Origin: a virus
Taxonomy: Duplodnaviria; Caudoviricetes
IMG/VR virus record: IMGVR_UViG_3300047561_001367
Location: 61,471-125,470 of that record
Reading direction: 5' to 3' (one strand)
Length of the DNA stretch: 64,000 bases
Shown here: piece after piece, positions 22,195-32,094 of the stretch
Layout of the letters: the number at the start of each line of letters is the position of its first letter
How positions within the stretch are numbered: the stretch's first letter is position 1
Position numbers and translations under genes: made by a program
The notes under the pieces: generated by a model
The model's database searches: none
What the model saw: only the letters and a program-made list of their open reading frames with translations
What the model was told of the DNA's origin: nothing

Positions 22195-22950
22195 TTAATA
22201 TTTTTTATTCTTATTCTTAATGCCACTTATAATAGTAAACATTGACAATGGTGGAATATCTTTAATTTCAACCCAGTTGCTAGCTCCATCCATATTTTTT
22301 TGAACGGCTCTTTCTTTAATTTGTTCAAAAGAAATTTTATGCTCGTCCATTGTTTTTTGGAGTAAGGCTATTGGTTGAATAGCAATTGAACTTGGTTCAA
22401 TTTCTGCATCAATATGTGTGGTTTTACCCATTTCATCATTACCTACAATATTAATTTTAAGAAAACTACGAACTGCACGAATAAACGCACGATTTTCGGC
22501 AATAGCCATTAAAAAGTTTTTTGCAAAATCTTTTGTATTATCAAGATGAGCATCAGCAAGGGCAGAAAAAGAAACATTATGCCCAAACGTTTCATAATTT
22601 GAAAGCCAATTAATTGTACATTTAACTGCCACGTAATCTGGACGGGCTTCAATTACATCGTATTGCACATTTGTATATCCACGTATTTGTGCAAGCTCTT
22701 TGATACCAGCTAAAAGAATTAAGAGTTGATTATCTGGAAGAGTAGAGACATCGATTTCTTTTAAATTGACATCTTTTTGACCCTTAAAAGAATCTCTATT
22801 CGGAACGAGATAGTCTTTATTGATCATACTTCTCCAGTTAATAGTACTATCTGGATTAAATTTATACTCAACAGATGCTAATAGTCCATGATCATCCCTT
22901 AAAAAGGAATTAATTTCATTCTGATATCGATGTTCTGTAGATTTAGACAT
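22195..22950 (-). CDS. Rad52/Sak-like single-strand annealing protein
   Basis: MAIAENRAFIRAVR motif resembles the AETRAxxRAxR signature of phage SSAPs. Confidence 0.6.
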   Translation of the reverse strand: MSKSTEHRYQNEINSFLRDDHGLLASVEYKFNPDSTINWRSMINKDYLVPNRDSFKGQKDVNLKEIDVSTLPDNQLLILLAGIKELAQIRGYTNVQYDVIEARPDYVAVKCTINWLSNYETFGHNVSFSALADAHLDNTKDFAKNFLMAIAENRAFIRAVRSFLKINIVGNDEMGKTTHIDAEIEPSSIAIQPIALLQKTMDEHKISFEQIKERAVQKNMDGASNWVEIKDIPPLSMFTIISGIKNKNKKY

Positions 22951-22956
22951 AAATCT

Positions 22957-22985
22957 ACTTTATAAATATATGCAAAGATTGTCAA
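22957..22985 (-). promoter_or_regulatory. sigma70-type promoter, leaderless
   Basis: TTGACA-17nt-TAAAGT, 6 nt before the ATG at 22950. Confidence 0.65.
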
Positions 22986-24175
22986 GAATTATTTGAGTAT
23001 AATAAAATATGACTCAACTCTTCTTTAAGAGCTATCAATTCTTCGTGTGTAATTGAAACTTGGGTTTGGATATTCAAATTTTCTATATGAATTTTTTTCT
23101 TATAAGCATGGTGGCTAGGATATAAAAATCCATCAGCATATAGTAATTTTCGTGTTTTGTAAAATAATTGTGTATTTTCTACTGGATGATATTTTAAAGT
23201 TGAGATTTCTTGAATAACAATTAATGTATCAATTAAGAGTTCTTTTCTGGAATTTAACTCTTCGATTGAATTTAAAGAGGTATCGTAAATACAAATAAAA
23301 TCAATATTAAACAATGTTAAGTCATTAATAAACTCTAAATTAATAGAATTTGTAATATTATATATTACTTTTGTAAGATTTTTTTTAAAATTTAAAATAC
23401 CTTTAATGTCGAAAGGCTTATCAGTTATAATCGCAGTGGGCCTTATATTTAAATTATTTAATAAAGCTTGGTAATGGATATTCTCAATATTATCTGTATA
23501 GTCTAATCTATAATTTACCATTTGCCCTTCAAATAAATTAGGTGGGACAATTTGGTCTGGTAAACATTCAAATATGTCATTAGTATATGAATCGCCAATA
23601 AATTCTGTTTTAAGATTAAAAGAACTTTCTTTAAAAAGTATTTGATCTATAGCATTCGCAACGGTTTCAATTTTAATAGTATTAATTAATTTTGGATTTT
23701 CGTTCGGATTAAAACTAGGTTTCCAATTTCCTGGTGGTCTTAAACAAATCGCATTGTCTTTATTCCAAAATGGACCTGCAATTTCCGGCGAACTAACGCT
23801 ATATAAAGCAACAATAGGTATATTAAAAGAACTTGCCATATGTACAGCAAAACTATCATTTCCAATATGCATTTTAGAATTATCTATAATAAATGCTGTT
23901 TGATTAATATCAGTTTGACCCTGTAATTGTATAACCCCTGTTAATGGTCGGTCATCCTTTGAACCAATTTGAATGATTTCATACCCATATTTTTCCAATT
24001 TTGGTTTTAAAAAATTAATAACTTCTTGAAAATATGCGTAACATTTCGCAGGCATACCGCTGCTATTTTGTATTGTTATATATTTACTACATGGTAACGG
24101 AAAATATTTTTTTATAATAAATGGTTTATTTATTTTACTACCCGTAGACAAAGCGTATTTTTCTAATAAGTGCAT
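22982..24175 (-). CDS. Glycosyltransferase family 9-like protein (C-terminal lobe plus extension)
   Basis: IIQIG...GQTDINQTAFII...HIGNDSFAVHMASSFNIPIVALY matches the GT9 nucleotide-sugar-binding lobe. Confidence 0.7.
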   Translation of the reverse strand: MHLLEKYALSTGSKINKPFIIKKYFPLPCSKYITIQNSSGMPAKCYAYFQEVINFLKPKLEKYGYEIIQIGSKDDRPLTGVIQLQGQTDINQTAFIIDNSKMHIGNDSFAVHMASSFNIPIVALYSVSSPEIAGPFWNKDNAICLRPPGNWKPSFNPNENPKLINTIKIETVANAIDQILFKESSFNLKTEFIGDSYTNDIFECLPDQIVPPNLFEGQMVNYRLDYTDNIENIHYQALLNNLNIRPTAIITDKPFDIKGILNFKKNLTKVIYNITNSINLEFINDLTLFNIDFICIYDTSLNSIEELNSRKELLIDTLIVIQEISTLKYHPVENTQLFYKTRKLLYADGFLYPSHHAYKKKIHIENLNIQTQVSITHEELIALKEELSHILLYSNNS

Positions 24176-24176
24176 A

Positions 24177-26096
24177 TTAATGTAAATCTAAATCAATTTT
24201 GTCTTCCCCATTATGCATATAGCTGAGAAGTCTTTGTGTTGAAAAATATGGATGATAAACAATATCGCATATTTTTTCTTGACCCATACCACCTTCAAGA
24301 AATATTGCTGAGTCCATTGCTTGATGATACGGAATCCATTTATCAATATAAGGGTTGCCTTCTATTAAATCTCTATATTGTGGATTTGTAGCGATGTATA
24401 TAGTATACTCTCCTTTTGGATACCTATTGCGTAAAGATTCAAAAAGTGAAGTGACTAAATAAACATCCCCAATACTTTCGGGTTGAATGAGTAGAACTCT
24501 TTTTTTGTCATTCGGCTGAAACAATTCGGAGATATTAATTTTTTTATTTTTATTAATTTCTTCTTGAGCTACTTGTCTAAAATATTGTTCAATTTCAGTT
24601 TTTGGAGTTCTTTCTGATATTTTATGAAGCCAATGTCGAACACCTTCATCTTCATCAGTAACTTCACGACCCAATATATATTTATATAAAGATTTAATCC
24701 AAGATCTTTCATCGTCGTTATCTGGAACTACAGCGTTGGGATTTGCTTGATTTTTTAATTGAGTATCAAATTGAAAACTGTCTTCTGGTAGTACGTCTAA
24801 TGAGTCTATAAATTGTTCAATTTTACCCCCATTAACTTCAATCGCGTAATTTTCTAAAGCCCATTTCCTAGAATCCTGCTCCATTTTTTCTTTTAAAGCT
24901 GGTTTCATTTCATAAACTTTTTTAAAAATTTTAGAAATTTCATATACAGAAGGTTGTGATTTTAAAAATTGAGTTCCATGCTCGGTATAAAAATTAAATT
25001 TCATTGGAAGACATCCTTTATTGTACTCTACAATATCTTCCCCGAATGAATAGCCAGCTGTAGTTACTATTTTTTGAGTAAGAGCAGCTTCAACGCATGG
25101 TAATTCACATGCTCCAGAAGTTGCTGGATGTGAATATAATGAAAATATATTATATATTTCATTTAGTTGTTCATCCGTAACTCCTAAACTTACATTTGAA
25201 GTAATTAATGTTTTTTTCTTTGTGATGGGGTTTTCGATATCCTGCCCATGGAATGGCGCAATAAAATATTGACGCGTTTCTTTACAAATATATGTGCAAA
25301 GAACCTCTCTAGGGTCTACCCCGTATTGTTGACAAAGCCGACCAATATCCCACCCTTCACCATAATGAGTATGTGTATATAAAAATGTATTTTTAATTTC
25401 TGGATTAGCCTTTTTAAACATCGCGTAGGCTTCAATTTGAGTATTAATTAATTTACGTAATTGATTACGAAAAACGAATCCAATAATAAAAGCGTCTTGT
25501 GGTATTCCAAAACGAGCTTTAATTTCAGCAATTTTTTGTAAAGGTAGCTTATAAAAATTATTAGTATTTACTAATGGATATTGATTTTTAACATGGGTGT
25601 GACCAAGTTTATGAAACTCTTTTCTAGCAAAATCACTCCATGTCCAATAGTGTTTTAATTTTGGAGCTTTTTCAATAGTGTCTGGCAATAATGGTAATGA
25701 ATCAAAAGTATTCCAGCAAACAGTGGGTATTTTTTCAAAAAATGGGTGGTCAATTACAAACTGGGAACCCCAAGTATCATTAATAGAAAAAATTACATCT
25801 GGTTTAAAATCTTTAACAATATTATTAATTTCAAGACCTCCATATGCTGCCACTCTAGCTAAGTTAGGATCTTGATTTATTTGTTGAATTTTATTAGGAT
25901 CGGTTGGTAAGACACCTATAGTTTTCCAGGGATATTTTTTTGTATGAGGTCCATCGCTAGGAGTTCCTTGCGCTGCATTTAAAATTTCATATTTATTTGT
26001 TTTATAGAGGTAGGATAGAAGCAGTTTACACTGTTTACCAAAACCAGTAAATGCACCCGCATAATCGGTTAAAAACAAAACTCTTTTTTTACGCAT
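24177..26096 (-). CDS. GT-B (GT4-like) glycosyltransferase fused to a helical domain and a GT9 N-terminal lobe
   Basis: TGFG at N-terminus, GFVFRNQLRK, ELPCVEAA; C-terminal SIGDVYLVT..L...YP...NPYID. Confidence 0.7.
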   Translation of the reverse strand: MRKKRVLFLTDYAGAFTGFGKQCKLLLSYLYKTNKYEILNAAQGTPSDGPHTKKYPWKTIGVLPTDPNKIQQINQDPNLARVAAYGGLEINNIVKDFKPDVIFSINDTWGSQFVIDHPFFEKIPTVCWNTFDSLPLLPDTIEKAPKLKHYWTWSDFARKEFHKLGHTHVKNQYPLVNTNNFYKLPLQKIAEIKARFGIPQDAFIIGFVFRNQLRKLINTQIEAYAMFKKANPEIKNTFLYTHTHYGEGWDIGRLCQQYGVDPREVLCTYICKETRQYFIAPFHGQDIENPITKKKTLITSNVSLGVTDEQLNEIYNIFSLYSHPATSGACELPCVEAALTQKIVTTAGYSFGEDIVEYNKGCLPMKFNFYTEHGTQFLKSQPSVYEISKIFKKVYEMKPALKEKMEQDSRKWALENYAIEVNGGKIEQFIDSLDVLPEDSFQFDTQLKNQANPNAVVPDNDDERSWIKSLYKYILGREVTDEDEGVRHWLHKISERTPKTEIEQYFRQVAQEEINKNKKINISELFQPNDKKRVLLIQPESIGDVYLVTSLFESLRNRYPKGEYTIYIATNPQYRDLIEGNPYIDKWIPYHQAMDSAIFLEGGMGQEKICDIVYHPYFSTQRLLSYMHNGEDKIDLDLH

Positions 26097-26105
26097 ATTA
26101 ACCTA

Positions 26106-26546
26106 TTATAAATAAATTTGTTGTAAAGTCAATTTTAAATATTCTTGTAAACGTAATGTTTCTGCAAAGTTTAGAGCAATACTAATTCCACCCAATTTAA
26201 TAAGATACCCGACATGATTTTCATCTTTAACAAAAGGTTCTACAAAAATAGGAGTTTTACCAGCATGAACTGTAGACCATTTTTTTGTTCCGTTTGATTG
26301 TAAAACTAATAAAGTTTCTGCAATGTCGTTTTCACTTAATTTAATTCGTTTATGCTTTTCTGGGTTATTAACATTTTCTTTAAATGTACCGTTATTTGTC
26401 TCGTTGTTCCATCCAGCCTGTTTTAGCATGTTCACATAAAAACCATTTTTCTTTTCTTCTTCGTTATCAAGGGCTAATCCAAAAGTAATCCATGAACCAG
26501 TAACAGATTTAGTAGGTTTACAAAACTCTAATTTTTTCATATTCAT
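26106..26546 (-). CDS. Hypothetical protein, possibly Whirly/PC4-like ssDNA-binding
   Basis: ORF track; beta-beta-beta-helix pattern repeated twice. Confidence 0.4.
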   Translation of the reverse strand: MNMKKLEFCKPTKSVTGSWITFGLALDNEEEKKNGFYVNMLKQAGWNNETNNGTFKENVNNPEKHKRIKLSENDIAETLLVLQSNGTKKWSTVHAGKTPIFVEPFVKDENHVGYLIKLGGISIALNFAETLRLQEYLKLTLQQIYL

Positions 26547-26965
26547 TATATGCGTTTTTTTAAAATAAATCTAAGAATAAAATCGATAGATCGTAAAATT
26601 AAAAAGACAAATCCTAGCTGTAGAAAATCTTGAGTAATTAAACATATGATTATTGAAATCCATACAGTAAAACACGTAATACATGAAAATAATTTTAAGA
26701 AAAACTTTGTTTTAAAATCTTCAGTAAAGGAGTATTTTACAAAAACATACTCTATATAACTATCAAAAATCATGTCAGGATCTTTGTTATTAAAATAATC
26801 ATCTATTAAAAGAACTTTATAAATTTTTTGCGATAGCAAAAACCGAAAGGAACGAACGTAATATGCGAAAAAATCAGAATAAAACCATAAATGTATAATT
26901 AAGGCACCCCAGCAACAGAGTAAAAATACGTTTAAGCTTGACATCAGTGTAAAAAAAGTGTTCAT
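26546..26965 (-). CDS. Membrane protein with CxxC-x3-W motif (DUF1360-like)
   Basis: Hydrophobic helices; LFSCITCFTVWIS. Confidence 0.5.
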   Translation of the reverse strand: MNTFFTLMSSLNVFLLCCWGALIIHLWFYSDFFAYYVRSFRFLLSQKIYKVLLIDDYFNNKDPDMIFDSYIEYVFVKYSFTEDFKTKFFLKLFSCITCFTVWISIIICLITQDFLQLGFVFLILRSIDFILRFILKKRI

Positions 26966-27074
26966 TAAGGTAACTTATCTGTTCGTAAACTCGCTTCGCT
27001 CCTTTCCGTTTTGCTCGCTTTGCTCACAAAAGTAATTCATTATTGTTCTTAAATACGTAAAAATCTAAAATTTC

Positions 27075-27103
27075 TTGACATGTTAAATAAAACATGATAC
27101 AAG
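27075..27103 (+). promoter_or_regulatory. sigma70-type promoter with internal inverted repeat
   Basis: TTGACA-17nt-TACAAG with extended TG, 7 nt before ATG 27111; CATGTT-N6-AACATG palindrome at 27079-27096. Confidence 0.6.
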
Positions 27104-27110
27104 ATTATAT

Positions 27111-27704
27111 ATGTTAAATCTTAAAAAAATTAAAGATGACGTTTTAATAGAGAACGTAAAAATAAAAAATTGCAGTGAAAGTTTAAATGAATTAGTTGAT
27201 AGGCATAGTGGAATGTGTTTCACTATTGGTAAAAAATATGCAACATCATGTGGGTTAGATATACATGACATAAATGATAATAGACATTGGATAATTTATA
27301 ATGCTTTAAGCTCATACGATTCCAATAAAGGCTCTAAATTTTCTACATGGTTAGGAAATCAAATTAGATTTTTTTGTTTAAATTTTAAGAATAAAAATAA
27401 TAAATTAGTTGCTACTGATGACAAAGTCTTAGAATTTTTTATAAATGAAAATAATCAGGCAAACAGAACAAATCAAAAAGAAACTGTAGATATTATTGTA
27501 GATTTATTTAATCAAATTTCAGACTTGAATACTAAAAATGCTATTTATTATAGATATTTTTATAATAAAGATCGCATTTTAAATTATTCGGAAATAGCAG
27601 ATATATTAAAAGTAACACCTCAAACCGTTTTAAATTGGCACAATAAATTCATTAAATTTGCCAAAAAAAAATTGACAAATGCTAAAATTAGTGATAGTAT
27701 TTAA
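27111..27704 (+). CDS. Phage-encoded RNA polymerase sigma factor (sigma70 family, regions 2 and 4)
   Basis: YDSNKGSKFSTW (region 2.3) and YSEIADILKVTPQTV (region 4 HTH). Confidence 0.8.
   Translation: MLNLKKIKDDVLIENVKIKNCSESLNELVDRHSGMCFTIGKKYATSCGLDIHDINDNRHWIIYNALSSYDSNKGSKFSTWLGNQIRFFCLNFKNKNNKLVATDDKVLEFFINENNQANRTNQKETVDIIVDLFNQISDLNTKNAIYYRYFYNKDRILNYSEIADILKVTPQTVLNWHNKFIKFAKKKLTNAKISDSI
27672..27700 (+). promoter_or_regulatory. sigma70-type promoter
   Basis: TTGACA-17nt-TAGTAT with extended TG, 9 nt before ATG 27710. Confidence 0.6.
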
Positions 27705-27709
27705 AAACT

Positions 27710-28021
27710 ATGGAAAATACAAATGAAAAAACAAAACTCCAAGAAGCTGGCGCTTTTTGGATTAAAAAGTCAAAAGCTGGTAATTCTTTTTTAACTGGCA
27801 CTGTTAAGTCCCAATCGGGAGAGGCAATTAAAGTGATTGTGTTTAAAAACCAATACAAAACTGAAGGTTCTAACCAACCAGACTATCGTGTTTATTTTGA
27901 TACTAGCGTAGCGCCTAATTCTGAAATTACGAATGCGGCCCCTGCTCCAGTTAAAAACACGAAAGCTCCAGCAGTAGCAAAACCTGCTGTAGCCCCACAA
28001 ACTGAAGATATCCCATTTTAA
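27710..28021 (+). CDS. DUF736-like protein with SSB-type acidic tail (probable ssDNA-binding protein)
   Basis: GAFWIKKSKAG..FLTG, QPDYRV, Pro/Ala linker, C-terminal EDIPF. Confidence 0.65.
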   Translation: MENTNEKTKLQEAGAFWIKKSKAGNSFLTGTVKSQSGEAIKVIVFKNQYKTEGSNQPDYRVYFDTSVAPNSEITNAAPAPVKNTKAPAVAKPAVAPQTEDIPF

Positions 28022-28024
28022 TTT

Positions 28025-29116
28025 GTGTCTAATTTAGCTTTAAATTTACCATTAAATCCTACATCTTTAGGACAGGTATCACTATCTATTCTTCGAGAAC
28101 TTTTTTCTCGACAAAAGGATATAATCCTATTCCCGATAGGAAATATAGATTTATCTTCCCAAAAACAAGATAAAGATTTTAACGAATGGATTCTTAAAGC
28201 GGTACAAAATGCACAAAAGCAGCATGACAAAAATAATCCAGTTTTTAAACTTTGGCATTTAACTGGCAGTCTGGAGAGTTTTTCTAAAAAACAAGTTTTG
28301 CTTAGTTTTTATGAAGTTGACTCTCCAACCTCTACAGAGATTAATATAGTTAAAAATAATGAAAAATTATTACTGTCTAGTAATTATGCTGTAAATATTT
28401 TTAGAGACTGCGGTCAAAAAAATGTGAATTTTATTCCACTTGGTTTTGATAAAGTTCATTTTAATAATCAAAATTATACGTCTAAAAAAGAAGGTATTCA
28501 TTTTGGACTTTTTGGCAAATTAGAACCCCAAAGAAAGCGTCATTTAAAAACATTGCAGGCATGGGTTAAAAAGTATGGCAATAAACATGGATATTTTTTA
28601 AATTGTAGTATTTTTAATCCATTTTTAGATCCAAATTTACAAAGCCAAATTATCGGACAAGCCTTGAATGGAGAGAAATATTGGAATATTAATTTCTTAG
28701 GTTATGCAAAAGAAAACTCAATGTATAATCAAACTCTAAATAATACTGATATTGTTCTTGCAATGAGTGGCGGAGAAGGCTGGGGGTTACCAGAATTTCA
28801 AACGGTTGGCCTTGGAAAGCATTGCATTGGTTTAAATGCGCATGCTTATAAAGATTGGATGACGGCGGAAAATTCCGTACTAATTAATCCAAATGCTAAA
28901 ATTCCTGTTTATGATAATATGTTTTTTAAAGAAGGTGCTGATTTTAGTCAAGGGCAAATTTTCGATTGGGATGAAAATGAGTTTATCAATGGACTAGAGG
29001 AAGTTGAAAATAGGTTTAAAAAGAATCCTATTAATACTGCCGGATTAAAAATACAAGAAGAATTTACTTATTCAAAAATGGTAGATGGTATTTTAAATGT
29101 AATGGAAAATATTTAA
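28025..29116 (+). CDS. Glycosyltransferase (GT4-like, GT-B fold)
   Basis: GKLEPQRK and SGGEGWGLPEF motifs. Confidence 0.75.
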   Translation: MSNLALNLPLNPTSLGQVSLSILRELFSRQKDIILFPIGNIDLSSQKQDKDFNEWILKAVQNAQKQHDKNNPVFKLWHLTGSLESFSKKQVLLSFYEVDSPTSTEINIVKNNEKLLLSSNYAVNIFRDCGQKNVNFIPLGFDKVHFNNQNYTSKKEGIHFGLFGKLEPQRKRHLKTLQAWVKKYGNKHGYFLNCSIFNPFLDPNLQSQIIGQALNGEKYWNINFLGYAKENSMYNQTLNNTDIVLAMSGGEGWGLPEFQTVGLGKHCIGLNAHAYKDWMTAENSVLINPNAKIPVYDNMFFKEGADFSQGQIFDWDENEFINGLEEVENRFKKNPINTAGLKIQEEFTYSKMVDGILNVMENI

Positions 29117-29117
29117 T

Positions 29118-29273
29118 ATGAAAAAAAGAGACTTATTTACTTTCTCAAATATTGGAGAAAAACTTAAATTTAAAGATGGCACTGAATATATGCGAATGCC
29201 AAATGGAGAATTGCGTAGAATGTCTCCGAGAGCGTTTCAGATTAGAAAAAATAACAAAAATCAAGTAAAATAA
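29118..29273 (+). CDS. Small basic hypothetical protein (51 aa; not in ORF track)
   Basis: ATG 29118 to TAA 29273 exactly fills the gap between neighbours: MKKRDLFTFSNIGEKLKFKDGTEYMRMPNGELRR... Confidence 0.6.
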   Translation: MKKRDLFTFSNIGEKLKFKDGTEYMRMPNGELRRMSPRAFQIRKNNKNQVK

Positions 29274-29276
29274 GGT

Positions 29277-29618
29277 ATGCCTTATTACTTGTTTAGACAT
29301 CCAGACACCGAAGAATTAATAGAATTATTTTTTCATATGAATGATGAAAAAAAATTTATTGATGAAAGCGGAATTGAATGGCGTAGGGAATTTGTTGTTC
29401 CTCAAGCTAGTATTGATGCAAATATTGACCCATATTCAAAACGTGCTTTCATGGATAAAACAAACAAAGCAGGAACTTTTGGCGAAATGATGGATTTATC
29501 TAAAGAGCTAAGCGAGAAACGGGGCGGGGGGAAAAATGACCCAGTAAAAAAAGATTTTGTTAAAAATTGGAAACAAAAAAGAAATTTAACAAAAAATGGG
29601 TATACACCCTCCTTTTAA
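29277..29618 (+). CDS. FmdB-like phage protein (Cys-less variant)
   Basis: MPYYLFRHPDTEE N-terminus resembles the MPxYxY/F family. Confidence 0.5.
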   Translation: MPYYLFRHPDTEELIELFFHMNDEKKFIDESGIEWRREFVVPQASIDANIDPYSKRAFMDKTNKAGTFGEMMDLSKELSEKRGGGKNDPVKKDFVKNWKQKRNLTKNGYTPSF

Positions 29619-29694
29619 GAATGTTTTTTTTTATTTTGATAATTTGTTTATTTTTGCCATCTAATTCAGAATGTTGTAAATTTATATCCATAAT

Positions 29695-31674
29695 ATGAGT
29701 ACAGAAATTATTTCAGAAAGTTTTGCAAACAAATACGCTAACAAAAATCCAAATTGGGGATTTAATGGTTTAGGGTATATTGTTTATAAAAGAACATACG
29801 CACGTTTAAAAGATGAAGGTTTAACGGAAGAATGGCATGAAACTATTCGTCGTTGCATTAATGGCTCTCAAAAAATTGGAGCTAATTATACTCAAGAAGA
29901 GGCGGAGCAACTATTTGATTTAATTTTTAATCTTAAATGTAATTTTGCTGGGCGCATGCTTTGGCAACTTGGTACTCCGACAGTAGATCGTTTTGGAGCA
30001 AACTCTCTTCTTAATTGTTGGAATGTTTCCATGAATAGCACAAAATCTTTCTTATTTCTTTTTGAGAACTTAATGCTTGGTGGCGGCGTTGGCTTTTCTA
30101 TTCGTCGTGAAGACATTCATGAACTGCCTCGTATTAAAAAAGAAGTAAATATTATTCATAAAAATACTAAAGATGCTGATTTTATTGTACCGGATAGTCG
30201 TGAAGGATGGATTCGCCTTCTAGACCGCGTACTAGAAGCCTTTTATGTAAATGGAAAATCATTTACTTATTCCACTATTTTAATTCGAGGGGCCGGAGAA
30301 AGGATCGGCGGATTTGGTGGGGTAGCTAGTGGTCCACAGATTTTAATCGATGGAATAGAAAAAATTGTAAATATTTTTAAGACAAGGGAAAATAAAAAAC
30401 TGCGTTCAGTTGATGTTCTTGATGTATGTAATATCATTGGCGGGATTGTTGTTTCTGGTAATGTTCGTCGTAGCGCACAAATTGCAATTGGCGATCCTGA
30501 TGACTATTTGTTTCTTCGAGCTAAAAATTGGTCTTTAGGAAATGTTCCAAATTGGCGCGCTATGTCTAATAATACCATTTATGCAGATAGCTTTGATCAT
30601 ATATCTAGTGAAATATGGACAAATGGTTATATTTTAGATCCACAGACTGGTTTTGCTAAAGGTGAACCTTATGGATTTTTCAATCTTCCATTGTCTCAGC
30701 AATTTGGACGTTTAAAAGATGGTAAAATGAAAGATTCCACTCTTTATCCCACAGATGAAGATAATGTAGTCGGTACTAATCCATGTGGAGAAATTAGCCT
30801 TGCTTCATATGAGTGCTGTAATCTTTCAGAGCTTTATTTAAATAATATTTCTTCTAAAGAAGAGCTTATTCTTTGCGCAAAATTATTGTATAAAACACAA
30901 AAAGCTATTGCTGCCCTTCCATTTCTTCATGAGGAAACCAATAAGATTGTCCATAAAAATATGCGTCTTGGATTGGGCGTTACTGGTATTTGCCAGTCTC
31001 TTGATAAAATTGACTGGCTTGACGCTTGTTATAAAGAACTCCGTAAATTTGATAAGGAGTGGAGTAAAGAGCGCGGGTGGAATCGTAGCATTAAACTTAC
31101 TACAATTAAGCCTAGTGGCACCTTGAGCTTGCTAGGGGGATCTACTCCTGGAGTTCATCCAGCATATTCTAAGTATTATACTCGTCGCGTCAGAATGGCT
31201 AGTAACGATAAGCTTGTCCAGTATTGTCGTGATCTTGGCTACCATGTAGAGTATGTACTTAATTTTGATGGATCTGAAAACCATGATACTGTTGTAGTTG
31301 AGTTTCCATGCGAAACTCCAGATGGTGCGTTATTTGCTGATGATATGGGAGTTATCAAACAATTAGAAATGGTTAAAAAATTACAAGAAGTTTGGTCAGA
31401 TAATGCAGTAAGTGTTACAGCTTATTATTCTGAAGAAGAGCTTCCGTCACTTAAACAATGGCTTCAAGAAAATTATGCTAATTCTATTAAATCAGTAAGT
31501 TTTCTTCTTAGGCAAAAACATGGTTTTAAACAAGCTCCATATGAAGAGATTACAAAAGAAGTTTACGAAAGTAAAAAGTCTAAAGTAAAATCACTTGTTA
31601 ATATTAAACAAAATATTGGTCAAGAGGCTTTAGAAGGTATTGAGTGCGAAGGTGGAGTTTGCCCTATTAAATAA
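29695..31674 (+). CDS. nrdJ: Class II (adenosylcobalamin-dependent) ribonucleotide reductase
   Basis: GNVRRSA, TNPCGEI, TIKPSGT, C-terminal CEGGVCPIK; no nrdB nearby. Confidence 0.9.
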   Translation: MSTEIISESFANKYANKNPNWGFNGLGYIVYKRTYARLKDEGLTEEWHETIRRCINGSQKIGANYTQEEAEQLFDLIFNLKCNFAGRMLWQLGTPTVDRFGANSLLNCWNVSMNSTKSFLFLFENLMLGGGVGFSIRREDIHELPRIKKEVNIIHKNTKDADFIVPDSREGWIRLLDRVLEAFYVNGKSFTYSTILIRGAGERIGGFGGVASGPQILIDGIEKIVNIFKTRENKKLRSVDVLDVCNIIGGIVVSGNVRRSAQIAIGDPDDYLFLRAKNWSLGNVPNWRAMSNNTIYADSFDHISSEIWTNGYILDPQTGFAKGEPYGFFNLPLSQQFGRLKDGKMKDSTLYPTDEDNVVGTNPCGEISLASYECCNLSELYLNNISSKEELILCAKLLYKTQKAIAALPFLHEETNKIVHKNMRLGLGVTGICQSLDKIDWLDACYKELRKFDKEWSKERGWNRSIKLTTIKPSGTLSLLGGSTPGVHPAYSKYYTRRVRMASNDKLVQYCRDLGYHVEYVLNFDGSENHDTVVVEFPCETPDGALFADDMGVIKQLEMVKKLQEVWSDNAVSVTAYYSEEELPSLKQWLQENYANSIKSVSFLLRQKHGFKQAPYEEITKEVYESKKSKVKSLVNIKQNIGQEALEGIECEGGVCPIK

Positions 31675-32093
31675 TGAAAAAATATAAAGACTCGAATAAA
31701 GAAGATCGAGATGAATTAGATTCGAATCTAGAGCAAAAATTTATGCTTAATCTTCAATGGTCAATGTTATTTTTTGTCTTTAATCAAATTGCTAATAATA
31801 TTAACCAAGAAAATGAATTAGAGGACGACCAAAAGGTTCAAAATCAATTTATTAAAAGTTGGAAAAAATTTGCGCATTTAAATATAACAAAATCAGATTT
31901 AAAAATTATTAATGATATTTTAAATTCTCCTAAAAATATATTCTATAGCGCGCTTCAAAATGATAATGAAGTAACTGAAAGTACAGAGATTTATCAAGAA
32001 AAGTATAATGATATAATTAATAAAATTGCAGAGTTTTTTTTGAAAACAATATCTATCAACCAATATAATTCTACAGACGAAGAAGAGGATTGA
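31674..32093 (+). CDS. Hypothetical protein
   Basis: ORF translationally coupled to nrdJ. Confidence 0.55.
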   Translation: MKKYKDSNKEDRDELDSNLEQKFMLNLQWSMLFFVFNQIANNINQENELEDDQKVQNQFIKSWKKFAHLNITKSDLKIINDILNSPKNIFYSALQNDNEVTESTEIYQEKYNDIINKIAEFFLKTISINQYNSTDEEED

Positions 32094-32094
32094 T

